Assembly (NCBI GenBank): GCA_964575345.1
Contig: CAZNQD010000004.1
Coordinates: 7,325-71,324 of the forward strand
Direction of reading: 5' to 3'
DNA from: an uncultured Bacteroidales bacterium
GTDB lineage: Bacteria; Bacteroidota; Bacteroidia; Bacteroidales; UBA1402
Length of the DNA: 64,000 bases
Shown here: one piece after another, positions 35,449 to 44,102 of the stretch
Layout of the letters: each line of letters starts with the position of its first letter
How positions within the stretch are numbered: position 1 is the stretch's first letter
Notes under the pieces: model-generated
Told to the model about the DNA's origin: nothing
Database searches by the model: none
Seen by the model: the letters and a program-made list of their open reading frames with translations, nothing else
Position numbers and translations under genes: made by a program

Positions 35449-36867
35449 TTAGCGGTGGCGGTACAAATCCCAACCCAGGTAAGTATTAATGGCTTCGTCC
35501 AGCACATCGGCCACCCGGCTGCGACACATAGCCACGTGGTGTTCAAAGCCGTTTTTGCAAATAAACTTCATCAGCTGCTGAAGGTTATTTACTTTGGTAA
35601 CGGCAATACAACCATCCATGCCATAAGGTTCGTCGGTAATTTCACCTTCGCCCAGGTAAGCCTTGATCAGGCCAAAATTATCGTCGGTTGAAATCCTGAA
35701 AAAAGAGAAATCACCCGCGGAGGCTTTGCCTTTGACAGCACCAAAAGTTGCTTCGGTGCCCAGGACACTGCCCAAAACACCCAGCGTTCCCAGTTCCACC
35801 GGATTCCTGACAAAGCTTTTGGGAAAATTGCCGCAATGCGTACAAACACATTTATTGAGTTCACGGGCAAAATTATTGTTCCAGTCGGCCAAAGCCGCAG
35901 GTTGACCCGAAGCCAGACTGAGCATATACATAGAAATGGCTCCGGCTATATCTGTCTCACAGGCACTGGGCATGAGCTTTTCGCTCATCATGCTCATACT
36001 GACACAAGCTGCGCAACCATAGTTCTTTTCGAGCGAATCCCAGCACTGAATAGCCGTAGCATCCACTTCGTTTTCTTTGATCCAGGCATCAACAGCCAGT
36101 CCGAACCTGGCCTGAACTTTCAGCTTTTCGGCAAATTTTTCGGGCACCCGGGCATAATCCCTGATTTCCCCGAGACGTTGTTTGAGCTCTGCCGAGTTGT
36201 TATCAAACTTGTTTGCAAGCGCCAGGATCTCGGACATATCTACCGGAACCACCGTAATACCGTTGGCCTGCAAGATTTTTTCGCTGGCCCTGACAGTCTG
36301 GAAACCGGCCGGGCGGGTACCGATGGCACCAATGCGGGCCTTGCGCAAACCACGAACCACCCGGCAAATCCTGGCAAAATAATCCAAATCGGCGGCAAAT
36401 TCTTTGCTGTCAATGCCACAAGTGTGCAAAGTGGTCAGGCTAAAAGGAATATTATATTGATAAAGGTTGTTGCAAACGGATAATTTACCGCAAAAAGCGT
36501 CTCTCCGGCTGCTTAAATCAACCTTATCGTTGTCGTCATCACAAGCCTGAACCAAAATAGGAACTTTGAGTTCGGCCAGATCCAGGGCATTGATAATGCC
36601 TATTTCGAAACCGAAATTGGGCAGGGAGATCAATATGCCGTCTATGCAGTCACGGTGTTCCCTGAAAAGCCTGGCACATTTAATGCCGTCTTCGCGTGTT
36701 TCGATACTGCCGGTGGCTGTTTGATCCTCATCGAGAATAACATAGCTGTGACCGGCTTTGGTAAGAGTTTCCAGCAGAGAACTTCTTACGTCTTTGGCCA
36801 GGGCCGAATTGAAATAATTGCGTGTGCCGATAATGACACCAAAGCAAAGTTGCTTTTTGTATGACAT
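35449..36867 (-). CDS. L-fucose/L-arabinose isomerase-fold sugar isomerase
   Basis: LPNFG.E, RRDAFCGKLS..NNL, IQCW, ACETD..GA, HC, GFEHHVA. Confidence 0.8.
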   Translation of the reverse strand: MSYKKQLCFGVIIGTRNYFNSALAKDVRSSLLETLTKAGHSYVILDEDQTATGSIETREDGIKCARLFREHRDCIDGILISLPNFGFEIGIINALDLAELKVPILVQACDDDNDKVDLSSRRDAFCGKLSVCNNLYQYNIPFSLTTLHTCGIDSKEFAADLDYFARICRVVRGLRKARIGAIGTRPAGFQTVRASEKILQANGITVVPVDMSEILALANKFDNNSAELKQRLGEIRDYARVPEKFAEKLKVQARFGLAVDAWIKENEVDATAIQCWDSLEKNYGCAACVSMSMMSEKLMPSACETDIAGAISMYMLSLASGQPAALADWNNNFARELNKCVCTHCGNFPKSFVRNPVELGTLGVLGSVLGTEATFGAVKGKASAGDFSFFRISTDDNFGLIKAYLGEGEITDEPYGMDGCIAVTKVNNLQQLMKFICKNGFEHHVAMCRSRVADVLDEAINTYLGWDLYRHR

Positions 36868-36878
36868 AGTAGTATGGT

Positions 36879-38363
36879 TTATAAAATCATATTTACAGCT
36901 TGCTGCCAGGCAGCATATAATTGTTCTCTTTGTGTAGCGGTCATCTGAGGGCTGAGTTGTTCCTGCCGGATTCTGAGTTTACTCAGCTGCTCAAGGCTCC
37001 GTGCGCTTCCCAGAGCCAGAAAATTCATATACACGGCGCCCAGTGCAGAAGCTTCTTCAATGGGGCTGATGTTGATAGGGGCATTCAGCATGTCGGCCTG
37101 AAACTGCATCAGGAAACGATTCCGTACCGGGCCTCCGTCAACCCGGAGCTCTTCGAGTTTTGTTCCGGCCTGTCTGAGCATCAGTTCCACCAGATCTTTC
37201 ACCTGATAGGCTATGGCCTCCAACCCGGCCCTTACTATATGTGCTTTGTTGCTGCCACGGCTTAAACCGCAAATAATAGCTCTGGTATCGGGTTTCCACC
37301 AGGGTGCACCCAAACCGGCAAAAGCCGGAACGAGATAGACTCCGGCGTTGTCATCCACGCTTAAGGCCAGGGCCTCGCTTTCGGCAGAGTTGGTCAATAG
37401 CCCGAGCTCGTCTACCATCCATTTTATGGTGGCTCCTGTACAATGAATGTTGCCTTCGAAAGCGTAATATGTTTTTCCCAGCGCAGCAAAAGCCACTGAA
37501 GTCACCAAACCTTCGGGAGCTTTCAGAGGAGTACAACCTATGTTGACCATCACCGAGGAACCCGTTCCGTAAGTAGCTTTGCCCATTCCGGGGGTAAAAC
37601 AGCTTTGTCCGACCAAAGCTCCGTGAGAATCACCCAGTACTCCGGCTATAGGTATAGCCCGGGGTAACAGTCCCCGAAAGTCAGTACTTCCGAACACCTG
37701 ATCGGAAGCCAATACCTGAGGCAGCATGGATTCGGGGATATCAAAAAGGGAGAGAATTTCCCTGTCCCAGCTCAGGCTGTGAATATTATACAACAAGGTG
37801 CGGGAGGCATTGGTCCGGTCTGTGGCATGCACCCGACCCCCGGTCAGATTCCAGATAAGCCAGGAATCCATGGTGCCCATACGGAGTTCTCCGGCCCGTG
37901 CCCGCTCTTTCAAACCAGGCATTTCCTCCAGTATCCATTGTACACCACTGGCCGAAAAATAGGGATCAATAATTAAACCGGTCCTGGAACGCAACATCTC
38001 TCCATAGCCACGGTTTTTGAGTTCAGAGCAGATGGCCGCTCCCCGCTGACATTGCCAAACCACTACCGGGCTAACAGGTTTGGAAGTAGCAGCATCCCAC
38101 ACCAGCACACTTTCGCGTTGGTTGGTAATGGCTACCGAAATAATATTCAGAGGGGCTACTCCGCTGTTGTCTAATAAGGCTTTAACACCTTTGTAAATGT
38201 TTTCGAGAATTTCTACTGGATCGTGTTCCACCCAACCGGCTTTGGGATAATATTGATGATGCTCCAGCAAAAGGCGATGCCTCAGATTGGCTTTGCCGTC
38301 GAACAGCAAAAACTTTGTTGCCGAAGTACTCTGATCTATAGCCAGGGTGAATTGTTCGTTCAT
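36879..38363 (-). CDS. FGGY-family kinase, GlpK-like (apulose kinase candidate)
   Basis: DQSTSATK, ITNQRES, YFSASG, T..TNASRT, GDSH (GDQQ in GlpK), KATYGTG, VPAFAGLGAPWW. Confidence 0.8.
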   Translation of the reverse strand: MNEQFTLAIDQSTSATKFLLFDGKANLRHRLLLEHHQYYPKAGWVEHDPVEILENIYKGVKALLDNSGVAPLNIISVAITNQRESVLVWDAATSKPVSPVVVWQCQRGAAICSELKNRGYGEMLRSRTGLIIDPYFSASGVQWILEEMPGLKERARAGELRMGTMDSWLIWNLTGGRVHATDRTNASRTLLYNIHSLSWDREILSLFDIPESMLPQVLASDQVFGSTDFRGLLPRAIPIAGVLGDSHGALVGQSCFTPGMGKATYGTGSSVMVNIGCTPLKAPEGLVTSVAFAALGKTYYAFEGNIHCTGATIKWMVDELGLLTNSAESEALALSVDDNAGVYLVPAFAGLGAPWWKPDTRAIICGLSRGSNKAHIVRAGLEAIAYQVKDLVELMLRQAGTKLEELRVDGGPVRNRFLMQFQADMLNAPINISPIEEASALGAVYMNFLALGSARSLEQLSKLRIRQEQLSPQMTATQREQLYAAWQQAVNMIL

Positions 38364-38365
38364 GC

Positions 38366-39328
38366 TTAGAGCCAGTTTAAAGCGGTTTTAACTATACCTT
38401 CGGCGTCCAGTCCGTAATGTCGGAAGAGCTCCAGGGGGGTACCGGCTATCGCATTTTCGTCGGGGATACCCAGTATTTTTACGGGAACCGGTTTGTGCTG
38501 TACCAGGGTTTCTGCAACCGCGGCTCCCAGACCTCCGAACATGCTGTGTTCCTCCACCGTGATTATCCGGCCGCTTTCTGCAGCTGCCTGCAGTACCGCT
38601 TCCGTGTCAAAAGGTTTAAGGCTGTGCATATCAAGCACTCCGGCCTGTATGCCTTGTTTACTCAGCTGACGCGAAGCTTCCAGACAATGATACACAGTTT
38701 CTCCGGTACCTATGAGTGTAAGGTCTTTACCTTTGGCCAGGCGGATGGCTTTGCCGATAGCAAAGTCGATCTTATCGTTGTCGTGAACATTGGGCACGGC
38801 GTTACGGCCCACACGGATGTACACAGGATGCGGATAATTCATCAGGGCCTCCACCAGGCGGCGGGTTTCATAAATATCGGCCGGCAGCACTATGTGCATA
38901 CCGGGAAAAGTCCTCAACACTGCAATATCGTGCAGACTGTGGTGTGAAGCGCCCAGGGCTCCGTAGCTCAGTCCTCCGCTGACACCCAGCACCCGCACCG
39001 GATAATGGGAGTAAGCCACATCAATCTTGACTTGTTCCAGGCTTCGTGCCACGTAAAAACAAGCAGGCCCGCAGACAAAGACATTCTTGCCGGCAGAAGC
39101 CAGGCCTGCGGCAATACCTACCGCGTTTTGTTCGGCTATACCCACTTCGACAAATTGTCCGGGCAATTCCGAAGCAAAGTCTCCCAAAGTGACAGAACCC
39201 CTTGCATCGGTGGTAACAACAACAATATTATTATCTTTCCTCGCCATTTCCAACAGCGTATCGGTAAACATTTTCCGGCAGGGAACAGTATTTGACATAG
39301 GATTCATTCTAATGGGTATAATTTTCAA
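38366..39328 (-). CDS. Split transketolase C-terminal subunit (AptB-like)
   Basis: EVGIAEQN..G.AAGLA, G.SHHS, YIRVGR, TVEEH...GGLG. Confidence 0.9.
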   Translation of the reverse strand: MKIIPIRMNPMSNTVPCRKMFTDTLLEMARKDNNIVVVTTDARGSVTLGDFASELPGQFVEVGIAEQNAVGIAAGLASAGKNVFVCGPACFYVARSLEQVKIDVAYSHYPVRVLGVSGGLSYGALGASHHSLHDIAVLRTFPGMHIVLPADIYETRRLVEALMNYPHPVYIRVGRNAVPNVHDNDKIDFAIGKAIRLAKGKDLTLIGTGETVYHCLEASRQLSKQGIQAGVLDMHSLKPFDTEAVLQAAAESGRIITVEEHSMFGGLGAAVAETLVQHKPVPVKILGIPDENAIAGTPLELFRHYGLDAEGIVKTALNWL

Positions 39329-40166
39329 TACGGGAATTAATTTCTTTCAGTGCCAGCTCAAATTGCTCAGCACTGGGCACCCCGTGATGCCATTTGGCTA
39401 CATTTTCCATATAAGAAACGCCTTTGCCTTTGATGCTGTGCGAGATGATCAGTTTAGGCTTGTTTCCGGCCCTTTCACTGCGTTCAAAACAATCCAGCAG
39501 GGCTGACATATCGTTCCCGTCTGTTTCGAACACTTCCCAGCCGAAGGCCTTCCAGCGCTCAGCCATTGGCTCCAGGCTCATCACGTCTTCGGTTTTACCG
39601 CTGATTTGTAAATGATTCCGGTCAATGATGGCAGTGAGCCTGTCCAAGCGGTAATGTCCCGCGGCCATGGCTGCTTCGTACACAGAGCCTTCGCCCTGCT
39701 CTCCGTCGCCCATAAGCACATAACAGCGGGAGCTGCTTTTGTCCATACGGGCTGCCAGAGCCATTCCCACAGCCACCGGCAAACCATGACCCAGCGCACC
39801 GCTGTTCAGCTCAATTCCGGGTATCTTGCGGGTAGGATGTCCAAAGAGCGGTGTATTGAATTGGCCGTAGGTGTCCAAAAGGGCATCGGAGAAAAATCCT
39901 CTGGCTGACAACACACAATACAAGGCTTCTACACTGTGCCCTTTACTCATCACAAAACGATCACGCTCCGGCCAGTCAGGATGCTGGGGATCCACGTTCA
40001 ACACTTTGAAATATAAGGCTGTCAACACATCTATCGACGATAAAGAACCGCCTGTATGTCCGGCTTTGGCTGCATAAATAATTTCAAGGGTCCTTTTGCG
40101 AATGAGCTCAGCCTGCAACTTCAACTTCTGAATCATATTAAGGGTTATTTGCTCCATAAGGTGCAT
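39309..40166 (-). CDS. Split transketolase N-terminal TPP-binding subunit (AptA-like)
   Basis: GH.GGSLS, DRFVMSKGH, GHP, SGALGHG, GDGE..EG.VYEA...N, KWHH; -7 element TACCTTTG at 40180-40187. Confidence 0.9.
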   Translation of the reverse strand: MHLMEQITLNMIQKLKLQAELIRKRTLEIIYAAKAGHTGGSLSSIDVLTALYFKVLNVDPQHPDWPERDRFVMSKGHSVEALYCVLSARGFFSDALLDTYGQFNTPLFGHPTRKIPGIELNSGALGHGLPVAVGMALAARMDKSSSRCYVLMGDGEQGEGSVYEAAMAAGHYRLDRLTAIIDRNHLQISGKTEDVMSLEPMAERWKAFGWEVFETDGNDMSALLDCFERSERAGNKPKLIISHSIKGKGVSYMENVAKWHHGVPSAEQFELALKEINSRIENYTH

Positions 40167-40228
40167 TTTAAAGAGGCTTCAAAGGTAGGCAGAATTCTTG
40201 TATAAAAAATGGCAAAAAGACTAAATCT

Positions 40229-43200
40229 TCATAAGCCGTTCTGCAAGGCTTTTTGTTTTTTGTTGTATGCCTCTACGGATTCATACAACACTTCCTGAAT
40301 TTTTGGCCTCACATCCAGTTTAGATAATAAATTGTTGGTTCTGTCGGGGTGTACGCGGTTACTCAGGAAAATATAAATCAGTTCATGAACGGGATCAACC
40401 CAAAAGCAGGTTCCGGTAAAACCGATGTGTCCGTAGGTTTTTCTGGAGGCCGAAGGGGCTACCTGCTGAATTTTGGCCTTATTTGTTTCAGCTCCGTCAA
40501 AGCCCAGCATCCGACGGCTCAGATCACTGCGTTTCGAAGTAAAATAACGCAGAGTGGATGGCTCAAAAAAACGCACAGAACCGTAAGTGCCCTCGTCAAG
40601 AAAAAGTTGTAAGACCTTCACCAGGTCGGAGGCCGAAGAAAAAAGGCCGGCATTTCCGGCGACCCCTCCCAAAAAAGCGGCGGCCTCATCGTGAGCATAT
40701 CCTCTCAGCAACTGTCCCCTGAGGCAGGTATCCAGCGTTGTAGGAGCTATACGTCCGGATGCTATCTTTTTAAGGGGTCGATACATGGTGGTTTCGGCCC
40801 CCAACCGGGCAAATAACTCATTTTCCACCCATTCGTCCAGGGTTTTTTCCAGCAAAGTTTCGGCAGCAAAGCCCATCAGAATAAAACCCAAATCACTGTA
40901 GGTATAGCGTACACTGCTCAAAAGAGAAGTCTCAGCGATAATTTTACAAACAGTATCTCTAAACGAAGCATTTACATAGAAATTATCCGCGGCCTGGAGT
41001 GAATATGGCCCTTTGTATTCCCTGGACACCAATTCCGGCTTAAATCTGAAATTAAGCGGAATCCAACAAAACTCATCAAAACGCTTTTGATGCAGCGAAT
41101 CGGGCCTGGTCGAGAGAAAAGGCCCGGGAAAACTGGTAGTATCGAGCAAATACTGATAAAATGGAACAAAAGGAGATAAGCGGGCCTGATGATACAAAAC
41201 GTTGCGGTAAGTAATACTTTCCTTATCGGTATTGCGCAAAGCAGGTAAATGATTACTCAGAGGCTCATCCAGCCTGATTTTTCCCTGTTCGTACAAACTC
41301 ATTATCGCCGGTGTGCAGGCCAGGGCCTTGGTCAGCGAAGCCAGATCGTACACATCTTCCGTATTGGCTGGACGGCTGTGTTCTGAATCTATCCAGCCGT
41401 AGGCTTTGTTCCACACCACTCTGCCGTTTTTGGCCACAAGCACCTGACAACCCGGAATCGCTCCCTGATTCAACGCATCCTCAACAATGCTGTCAATCTT
41501 ACTCATTACCGGAGTATTCATACCACTTTCTTCGGGGATGCCATAGGACAAACGGGTTTTTTCTGTTTTCAATCCATGTCCTGCAGGATAAACCGTACCG
41601 ATGGGGGCCGGCAACACTCCCCGCAGAGCTGTTCCGCCGAATACAGCCTGGGCGGCTGCTTCCTGAGCGGGCAGGCTTTCCTCGTAAGCACAGAGTACGG
41701 CATCGGGTTCACTCAGAGCCCGGCCGAATACCTGCATACGGTAAGGCGATGTAAAATAACAAACGCAAAGGTTCCTGAGCCCGTTGAAACGGCTGAGCCA
41801 TTCTATCTGATTGGTGTTGCCCGCGTATACACAAACGATGATTTTGTCGTATTGGCCAAAGGTTTGTTTCAGATCCCTTTTATCCAGTTCGTTGCCGGGC
41901 ATCAGCGAAAAAGCCTCCAGAGAACTGTAGTTTCTGAGCATTTTCACAAAAGGAGTTTCTGCCGGCCTTTCCAAAGAGACAACAGCCAATGATTTTCGCT
42001 CCAGGTGTCTGAAGGGCAACAAATCTTGCTGATTGCGCAATAAGGTGATGGCATTCGCATACATATAGCGGTTCAGACGTTGAACCTCGGCGGTATTCAG
42101 GCGTTCCTGCAAAAAGCTGGTGTCTGCGGGCCTGTAAGCGCTAAGGCCTAATATATATTTATATATCAACACCTTTCGGCATTTTTCATCAATCTCTTGC
42201 TGACTCAGGCGTCCCTGTTTAACGGCCTTCAGTATAGCTTTTACATCGGCCGGGGGATTGGGGGGAGCCAACAAAATATCGTTGCCGGCCTGTAACGCCC
42301 TGATACAAATTTCTCCGCTTTGGCCGGAAGCACCTTTCATCACCAAAGCATCAGTAATACACAAGCCATCAAAACCCAGCTCTTTTTTGAGCAAGCCCTT
42401 GATAACGGCTGCCGATTGCGAGGCCGGCAACTGAGCATCTGTTTCCAGTGCAGGCACCGACAAATGTCCGGTCATTATAGCTGAAACACCTTGCTGAATC
42501 AAATGCCTGAAGGGCACCAATTCCAAACTGTCAAGACCTGCTCTGGAACGATTAAGCCTGGCCAGCTCCAAATGCGAATCCTCGGAACTGTCACCATGTC
42601 CGGGGAAATGCTTCATAACAGCCATTACTCCTCCTTCTTCGAGCCCCTTTGCGTAGGCTGCGGCATAAACTGCCACACGATGGGGATCGGAGCCAAAGGA
42701 TCGGGTATTGATGACGGGATTGGCCGGGTTGGTATTGACATCCACCACCGGTGAAAAATTAATATGGGCTCCAATCAGGCGGCACTGCCTGGCCATTTCC
42801 AAACCATAATCGTGCAGCGCGAAAGTATCCCTGAGAGCCGCCAGCATGGTGTTTTTAGGAAAAGAGGGCGTACCTTCCAGACGCATGGCCAGGCCCCATT
42901 CGGCATCCATGGATATCAACAAAGGCACTTCGGACAGCGACTGAGCCCTATTGGTCGCCAAGACCTGTTTGACAACCTGGCCTTTATCAAATAAAAGCCC
43001 TCCTACTCCTGTTTGTTGAACCAGTTCTTCAATTCTTTTCTCCCAGGTTCCATTGTCAGCACTGACTATGGGCATTAACAACTGAGCCACTTTGGCTTCG
43101 GGGCTCAGCCCTTGCATTAGTGAATCGGCCCATAAAGAGGCAGCCCGGTATTTTTCTTTGTTTCTGAGTAAATAGGGCTTCGTGGACGATTCTACACTAA

Positions 43201-43249
43201 AAAGGCCTACATACCAAAAAATCAACACCAACATCCATCCTTTAGTCAT
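40229..43249 (-). CDS. GH3 beta-N-acetylglucosaminidase (NagZ-like) fused to a serine beta-lactamase-fold domain
   Basis: DAEWGL.MR, FSPV.DVN.NP.NPVI..RSFG, KHFPGHG..DSH, ITDAL; C-terminal SLTK (SxxK), YSDLG, GH.GFTG. Confidence 0.9.
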   Translation of the reverse strand: MTKGWMLVLIFWYVGLFSVESSTKPYLLRNKEKYRAASLWADSLMQGLSPEAKVAQLLMPIVSADNGTWEKRIEELVQQTGVGGLLFDKGQVVKQVLATNRAQSLSEVPLLISMDAEWGLAMRLEGTPSFPKNTMLAALRDTFALHDYGLEMARQCRLIGAHINFSPVVDVNTNPANPVINTRSFGSDPHRVAVYAAAYAKGLEEGGVMAVMKHFPGHGDSSEDSHLELARLNRSRAGLDSLELVPFRHLIQQGVSAIMTGHLSVPALETDAQLPASQSAAVIKGLLKKELGFDGLCITDALVMKGASGQSGEICIRALQAGNDILLAPPNPPADVKAILKAVKQGRLSQQEIDEKCRKVLIYKYILGLSAYRPADTSFLQERLNTAEVQRLNRYMYANAITLLRNQQDLLPFRHLERKSLAVVSLERPAETPFVKMLRNYSSLEAFSLMPGNELDKRDLKQTFGQYDKIIVCVYAGNTNQIEWLSRFNGLRNLCVCYFTSPYRMQVFGRALSEPDAVLCAYEESLPAQEAAAQAVFGGTALRGVLPAPIGTVYPAGHGLKTEKTRLSYGIPEESGMNTPVMSKIDSIVEDALNQGAIPGCQVLVAKNGRVVWNKAYGWIDSEHSRPANTEDVYDLASLTKALACTPAIMSLYEQGKIRLDEPLSNHLPALRNTDKESITYRNVLYHQARLSPFVPFYQYLLDTTSFPGPFLSTRPDSLHQKRFDEFCWIPLNFRFKPELVSREYKGPYSLQAADNFYVNASFRDTVCKIIAETSLLSSVRYTYSDLGFILMGFAAETLLEKTLDEWVENELFARLGAETTMYRPLKKIASGRIAPTTLDTCLRGQLLRGYAHDEAAAFLGGVAGNAGLFSSASDLVKVLQLFLDEGTYGSVRFFEPSTLRYFTSKRSDLSRRMLGFDGAETNKAKIQQVAPSASRKTYGHIGFTGTCFWVDPVHELIYIFLSNRVHPDRTNNLLSKLDVRPKIQEVLYESVEAYNKKQKALQNGL

Positions 43250-43433
43250 ACATTTTCTCCGTTTGGGACAGCTTTGTCCTGAATTATACAGGGCCTGTCT
43301 GTTTTTGCGCTGCGAATATACGTTTTTTCAGGCGCTTACAGGCTGGTTTCTTCCAATTTTACAGCTAAAAAAACTTATTTTAATCCGTTCTTAATTAAAA
43401 TAATGACGTACTTTTGCACAAATACCCATTTCC

Positions 43434-44051
43434 ATGAGAAAATACCTATACGGCTGTTTATTGGGGCTTTGCTCACTGAGTATCTTACCCGTTTTTTCCC
43501 AGAACAGAGGCTTAGCAGACGATTACCGGGAATTTAGCCAAAGGAACAAAACAGGCCTGTTTTTCTCCTATAATCTGCACAGCGAGCTGTGGAAACCAAC
43601 CCAAAACGCCCAGCCTTTTTTTACCGGGCTTGAAGACTGCCGCAGCTTTTCTTTCGGCGTTTTACAGAATATGCGACTCAGTAAAGGCTTCTATTATCAG
43701 CCGGAATTGTCGTATGTTGTCTACAACGGCCCGGGTGAGCACCGCCTGACCATGGTTTCGCTGGTACCCGCACAATTACAACTGGGGTATCATCTGGGCT
43801 GGGTAAGGCCCTTTATCTCCGGAGCCTGTTTTGGCAATCTGGTCATCACAGCCAGTGATCCGGGAAACAGCCTTTTGACCATAAGAGGATTGCCTCAGTG
43901 CACTGCCTGGGGTTTCTTTTACGGAGGCGGAATAGATATTATCAGTATGGTTCAACTCAACTTTAAATTGCTGCATTGGATGGAACGGTTTAATAATTTG
44001 CGGCCCGGCCCTATGAAGGAATATCAGCTGGGGCTGGCCTTCCTTTTTTAA
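43434..44051 (+). CDS. Small outer-membrane beta-barrel protein
   Basis: Signal peptide, alternating aromatic strands (QPELSY, GWVRPFI.G, GGGIDI), terminal YQLGLAFLF; -7 element TACTTTTG at 43409-43416. Confidence 0.7.
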   Translation: MRKYLYGCLLGLCSLSILPVFSQNRGLADDYREFSQRNKTGLFFSYNLHSELWKPTQNAQPFFTGLEDCRSFSFGVLQNMRLSKGFYYQPELSYVVYNGPGEHRLTMVSLVPAQLQLGYHLGWVRPFISGACFGNLVITASDPGNSLLTIRGLPQCTAWGFFYGGGIDIISMVQLNFKLLHWMERFNNLRPGPMKEYQLGLAFLF

Positions 44052-44102
44052 AAAACGTTTAACTTTGCAGCATTCAGATGTACTGGATTGAAAGCTTTTG
44101 TT

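Noticed and set aside
36879-38363. Calling the FGGY kinase glpK
   Set aside because: GDSH replaces GDQQ, no glpF/glpD is adjacent, and the transketolase/isomerase/ABC context points to another substrate.
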